From Callorhinchus milii (taxonomy: Eukaryota), in assembly GCF_018977255.1 (NCBI RefSeq), contig NW_024704742.1, forward strand, positions 84,880,001 through 84,944,000: a stretch of 64,000 bases of DNA. Direction: 5' to 3'. The notes under the pieces were generated by a model. The model worked only from the letters and a program-made list of their open reading frames with translations. It was not told the origin of the DNA and ran no database searches. Below are positions 60,501 to 64,000 of this stretch, piece after piece. Positions within the stretch are counted from its first letter, which is position 1. Every line of letters starts with the position of its first letter. The position numbers and the translations under genes were made by a program.

Positions 60501-62572
60501 CTAGGTCAGAAATCAGACAAGTGAAACTGCCACAGAGGATTGATTTGATTCTGACATTCCACTACCAAGCACATTACCTGGAGCTAGTTCATCTGCAAGG
60601 ACATCCTACTTACTTCAGAGTTTTGGGGATGTAGAATTCCCTGCCTAGTAAAGTACCAGAGGCAGCGTACCTTTGGGATTTTAAGTGGGAACTAGACAGT
60701 TATGATACGTAAATGCTTGAAGGGGGAATGGTGATAAAGCTGGGCAATGGGATTGAAATTACATCTTGCTCTCAGAGCCAGTGCAGACTTAATGGCTCCT
60801 TCTGTGCTGCAAATTTCTACGATTCACTTCATGGCTGTTTGTGGGACCCTTGCCTAGAGATTGGCGGCTGTGTTGGTCTACAAATATACAGTCACTACAC
60901 TGATTAAGTACTGTAAAATGGTTTGCGATATTTCGATGTGATGAAAAGCAATTTTTGTTTTGTATAAAAAATGCAAATGGGTGGACAAGAATTCATATCT
61001 ATGATCTTCCGCACCCTGAGCGGTCACTGTTAAGTGAGCCATAAAATAAAGGTTTTTCAACAAAGCAAAAGGAGTCACCACCAGGCCACTCCTCGAAATA
61101 GGTTACAGTCAATCTTGTCTGTGCATTCCTGGACAAGATTGACACTATTTCCACAACCCTGAGAATGATAAGTAGCACAGGGCAATGAACAGAAAGGGTG
61201 GACCTACAACCACCCACCTCAGGGGAGGTCACACCTATCAAAATTTAATCATATACCGAACAACCATTTTCAAATACCATTAGTAATACTATTTTTCATT
61301 TTAAATATAACCATGAAACAAACTCCATGAGAAAAAGATTGCCGATTATACAGATTGCGTTGGAAAGGGCAGTTTGCCCTGGAGGCAGGAATCGAAAAAT
61401 GCAGATAAACTAGTTCCACCAATGCTGCAGTGAAAAATTAAGACTGAGCTTACTGTTTTGCAGGTTACTAACCAGTTTAGCGTGATGTGCATGCATTGGA
61501 TCAGCATACTGAAGCAATGCCTGGAATTGGTTGTTCTTGGTGAAAGTGATGATTTTCAGCACGGTTCCATACTTGGTAAAGATCTGTTTGGGTTAAAATA
61601 TGGATCAGAATAAAGATAGTGAAATTGACACACTAAGCTCAATTATTCACGAATGAAATGATTCAAGTTTCAGACAGGTTTCTTCATAAAACTGAATTGC
61701 AAAAGTAAGTGATATTCTGATCTGCATCAGTTTAGATTTGCAGAACAATGCTTGGAAGCATTGGGGCAGTGTTCCACATATACTGTACATGGATTTTCAT
61801 CAATAATATTCAAGAGATAGAGAGTTGATAAAGATGGTACTATAAAAGAAAGTGGTGAACAAAAACTAGACACTTTCATACAGAGAAACTAGTGTTTTTT
61901 TTGAGGGGAGGGGGAATTTTTCTTACATCAATGCACACACAGAAAGCAACGTTGGAGACAACCTAAGTCATTTTTTTTAAAGAAAAACTCTGGGAAAACG
62001 GCCACAGTTCCACACATGATAAGCAAATCTATGTTATAACAAAGGTTCTATAATTAATTAGAGTTCACAGAGACTGATGTGGGCACTTCATGCTGGATGT
62101 TCTCTGTAATTTGCCCTCGCAGAACATTTCCTATTGATTAGTATGGATATGCTCCTACTTACTTGAGTTGGGTGGAGTTGTTTAGCTGTAATTGGTTACT
62201 TTTAGCTATTATTTGCAGCTAAGACAGTTATGTAAAACAATCCTCTGAATTCTGTCACTATTACTATATGAAAATTGTTTACTTGTAATGCTTATTTTTC
62301 ATAAATCATTCATTCAGCACTGGTGAAAGAAGCAGAAACTGAAGCAGAATTATATAAACGGAATCATATATGGTTTAACCAAATTCTCTGCTCATAGAAA
62401 TAATCCTCACCTGATGCAAGACCTCCAAGGTGACGGGATAAAAAAGGTTCTCCACAATGATGCGGAGGACCGGACTCTGACCAGCTAGCAGTGCCCCTTC
62501 AACACCGGTGCCTGACATAGCCATGTTACCAGTGTGAATTGCATTCACTGCCTGTAAAGCTGCCTGGGCTCT
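48384..62572 (-). CDS. PTBP3: Polypyrimidine tract-binding protein 3 (ROD1), exons 6-15 (RRM2-RRM4); 5' exons lie right of the window
   Basis: Ten in-frame exons (162/111/175/75/140/34/93/217/78/133 nt) encoding PTB RRM2-4, ending [20 protein letters not shown]3-type residues (GAPGIIS.PY.GAAGF, DVHRVK, DDLKNLF) and adjacency to SUSD1 favour PTBP3 over PTBP1/2. Confidence 0.92.
49624..49701 (-). CDS. PTBP3: PTBP3 exon 14 (RRM4)
   Basis: gtttacag| [25 protein letters not shown](L) |GTAAGA; 78 nt. Confidence 0.94.
50019..50044 (+). repeat. Poly-G homopolymer (G26) in PTBP3 intron 13
   Basis: Direct reading; poly-C on the transcript strand. Confidence 0.9.
50124..50340 (-). CDS. PTBP3: PTBP3 exon 13 (RRM3-RRM4)
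   Basis: ctctttag| [23 protein letters not shown]...[31 protein letters not shown]; 217 nt. Confidence 0.96.
53829..53921 (-). CDS. PTBP3: PTBP3 exon 12 (RRM3)
   Basis: gttctgaag| [37 protein letters not shown]; 93 nt. Confidence 0.95.
54276..54309 (-). CDS. PTBP3: PTBP3 exon 11 (34-nt NMD-switch exon)
   Basis: ctactacag| [11 protein letters not shown](G) |GTATGT; exactly 34 nt. Confidence 0.93.
57219..57358 (-). CDS. PTBP3: PTBP3 exon 10
   Basis: ctttcag| [53 protein letters not shown]; 140 nt. Confidence 0.93.
57596..57670 (-). CDS. PTBP3: PTBP3 exon 9 (RRM2-3 linker)
   Basis: ggtag| [31 protein letters not shown]; 75 nt. Confidence 0.9.
59646..59820 (-). CDS. PTBP3: PTBP3 exon 8 (end of RRM2)
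   Basis: tctgcag| [64 protein letters not shown]; 175 nt. Confidence 0.95.
60030..60400. repeat. Unclassified dispersed repeat (related pieces at 1-100, 12714-12810, 20570-20665, 21215-21275, 63305-63410)
   Basis: Shared tttggtcagc(c/t)gggtgtctgacacatgc..aaacc.atca and agcttgccattga.atctctgtctggcaagc segments. Confidence 0.6.
61473..61583 (-). CDS. PTBP3: PTBP3 exon 7 (RRM2)
   Basis: aaacag| [43 protein letters not shown]; 111 nt. Confidence 0.95.
62411..62572 (-). CDS. PTBP3: PTBP3 exon 6 (linker/start of RRM2)
   Basis: ctccacag| [10 protein letters not shown]...[28 protein letters not shown]. Confidence 0.95.
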
Positions 62573-64000
62573 CTGTGGAGAGAACAACGTTTTAGTTACA
62601 GAACAATATTTATCACAAGAAATTGACTGGATTTGAGGTTTGGAAGCAGAAAACTACAGACATTTATTAAAGAAAAACCTTATACACCTCAATATGCCCA
62701 ACCTGAAGAACACTTCATGTTTATGGTGGCACAATTTTATTGAATAAAATGAATGAACAATTTTTATTTGGATGATTGTTGAGTAATAATAATAAATAAT
62801 AATCCTTGCATTTGATATAGCGCTTTTCACGTCAGGAGGACGTCCCAAAGCGCTTCACAGAACACACTGTAAAGTGAATTGACTGTATATTTGTGGGCGA
62901 ACTACAGGAGAAACTCCCTTCTCTTTTCAAGAGATCTTTAACTGGCAGTCGGGACCTCAATTTAACTTTAATCTAAGGCGGCACCCCCGACAATGAAATG
63001 CACTCCAAGCATTGCATTGGCATGTCAACCCACATGGGGCTTGAATCCCAAAGTGCTTCACTGCAAAGTGCATTTACATGTGTGCATGTGTAGTGTCAGT
63101 ATATTTGCACCTGAGCATAGAGAAGTGGATGTGGAACAGAGCACAGTAGAGAGCTGATTATCAGCACTAATTTAGACTGACCTCTTTGTAGATAAAGTGA
63201 ATATGGTTGGAAATCTGTAAAATGCTAAAAATGCTTCCTGTGCCCCTCTTACTCTAACCATATAAATATATTTAACACATTTGTGCTATCAGTGGAAAAT
63301 CCACTTTTTATGGTTAGCTGGGTGTCTTGACATGTGGAAACCAACCACCATGCTTAAAAAGAGCATTCGAACCAGACAGAGTTCCACTTATATGTGCCAC
63401 CTACACAGAAAATTTCTTGTCAAGAATGTACTGCGCACTCTCTCCTTGAAGGGATGCTTCCTGCTTGCCTAATGATGGAGAGCATTTAGGGGCAGTTTGG
63501 CAGGAGCCAAGATGTGGGAATTCCAGAATGCAATGTGGGAAGAATGCCTATCCCCAGTGGCTGGTCTCCTTTCCACACGAGCCAAACTGGTTGGTCCATG
63601 ATCAGCATGCCTGGAGCACTGGGGACTATTGAATGCGCCACAGAGAGTTGAATAAATTCCAGGATTCTGTTACCAAACACATCACCTTGGAACCTGCTCA
63701 GTTCTAAGGGGATCCTTCCTCCCTCCACTCAAGGAGAATAGTCACTAGGAGGTTAAATGAGGTTGTGCACACGTTTGTAGCAGGCGCTTAAGAGCTTTTT
63801 TAGCACGAATAGATTGCATCTTTATCAACTGCAAGGCCGTAACTTCACACATCAGGAAACTTTTGTAACAGCATTGTAGTCAGAGCCTGATGCGGATAAA
63901 CGTATGTACAGATAACCAGCAATCTAATGTAATAGATTTGTAAAAGAATGATCAAATCACTTCCTAACAAAATCAATACCACATCATTTTTTTTAATTAC

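Noticed and set aside
48384..62572. Calling the PTB gene PTBP1 or PTBP2
   Set aside because: Exon-9 sequence, DVHRVK and DDLKNLF, plus adjacency to SUSD1, fit PTBP3 better, despite the PTBP2-like alternative extension.
63486..63728. 80-aa ORF as an upstream PTBP3 exon
   Set aside because: No RRM1 similarity; it adjoins the unclassified repeat and is probably decayed transposon sequence.

Overview
Eukaryotic (vertebrate) genomic DNA with spliceosomal introns. The repeats (tRNA-headed Deu-type SINEs with an L2-like tail, L2/CR1 LINE fragments, a Penelope-like palindrome) suggest a cartilaginous fish; this is inference. Two minus-strand genes lie in the same order and orientation as I recall for human 9q32. 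(1) The 5' part of SUSD1: signal-peptide exon at 32642-32735, 2 EGF exons, 13 sushi/CCP exons, then 2 FN3-like exons; the gene continues off the left edge. (2) The 3' part of PTBP3/ROD1: exons 6-15 in PTBP1 numbering at 48384-62572, plus a ~2.7 kb 3' UTR. The main novelty is in SUSD1. It has 13 sushi exons where human has 2. Ten of these form a young array of 180-nt phase-1/1 exons (9445-24690), built by a 7.47 kb tandem duplication and intra-exon recombination, with variable N-terminal halves and homogenised C-terminal halves. PTBP3 keeps the 34-nt NMD-switch exon. It also shows a second donor encoding a PTBP2-type linker (GKESSLL), a candidate cryptic/terminal exon in intron 12, and clustered miR-124/miR-9/miR-133 seed sites. 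No prokaryotic features (CRISPR, operons) are present. All exon coordinates were read by hand from GT/AG boundaries and phase continuity; no database searches were run.
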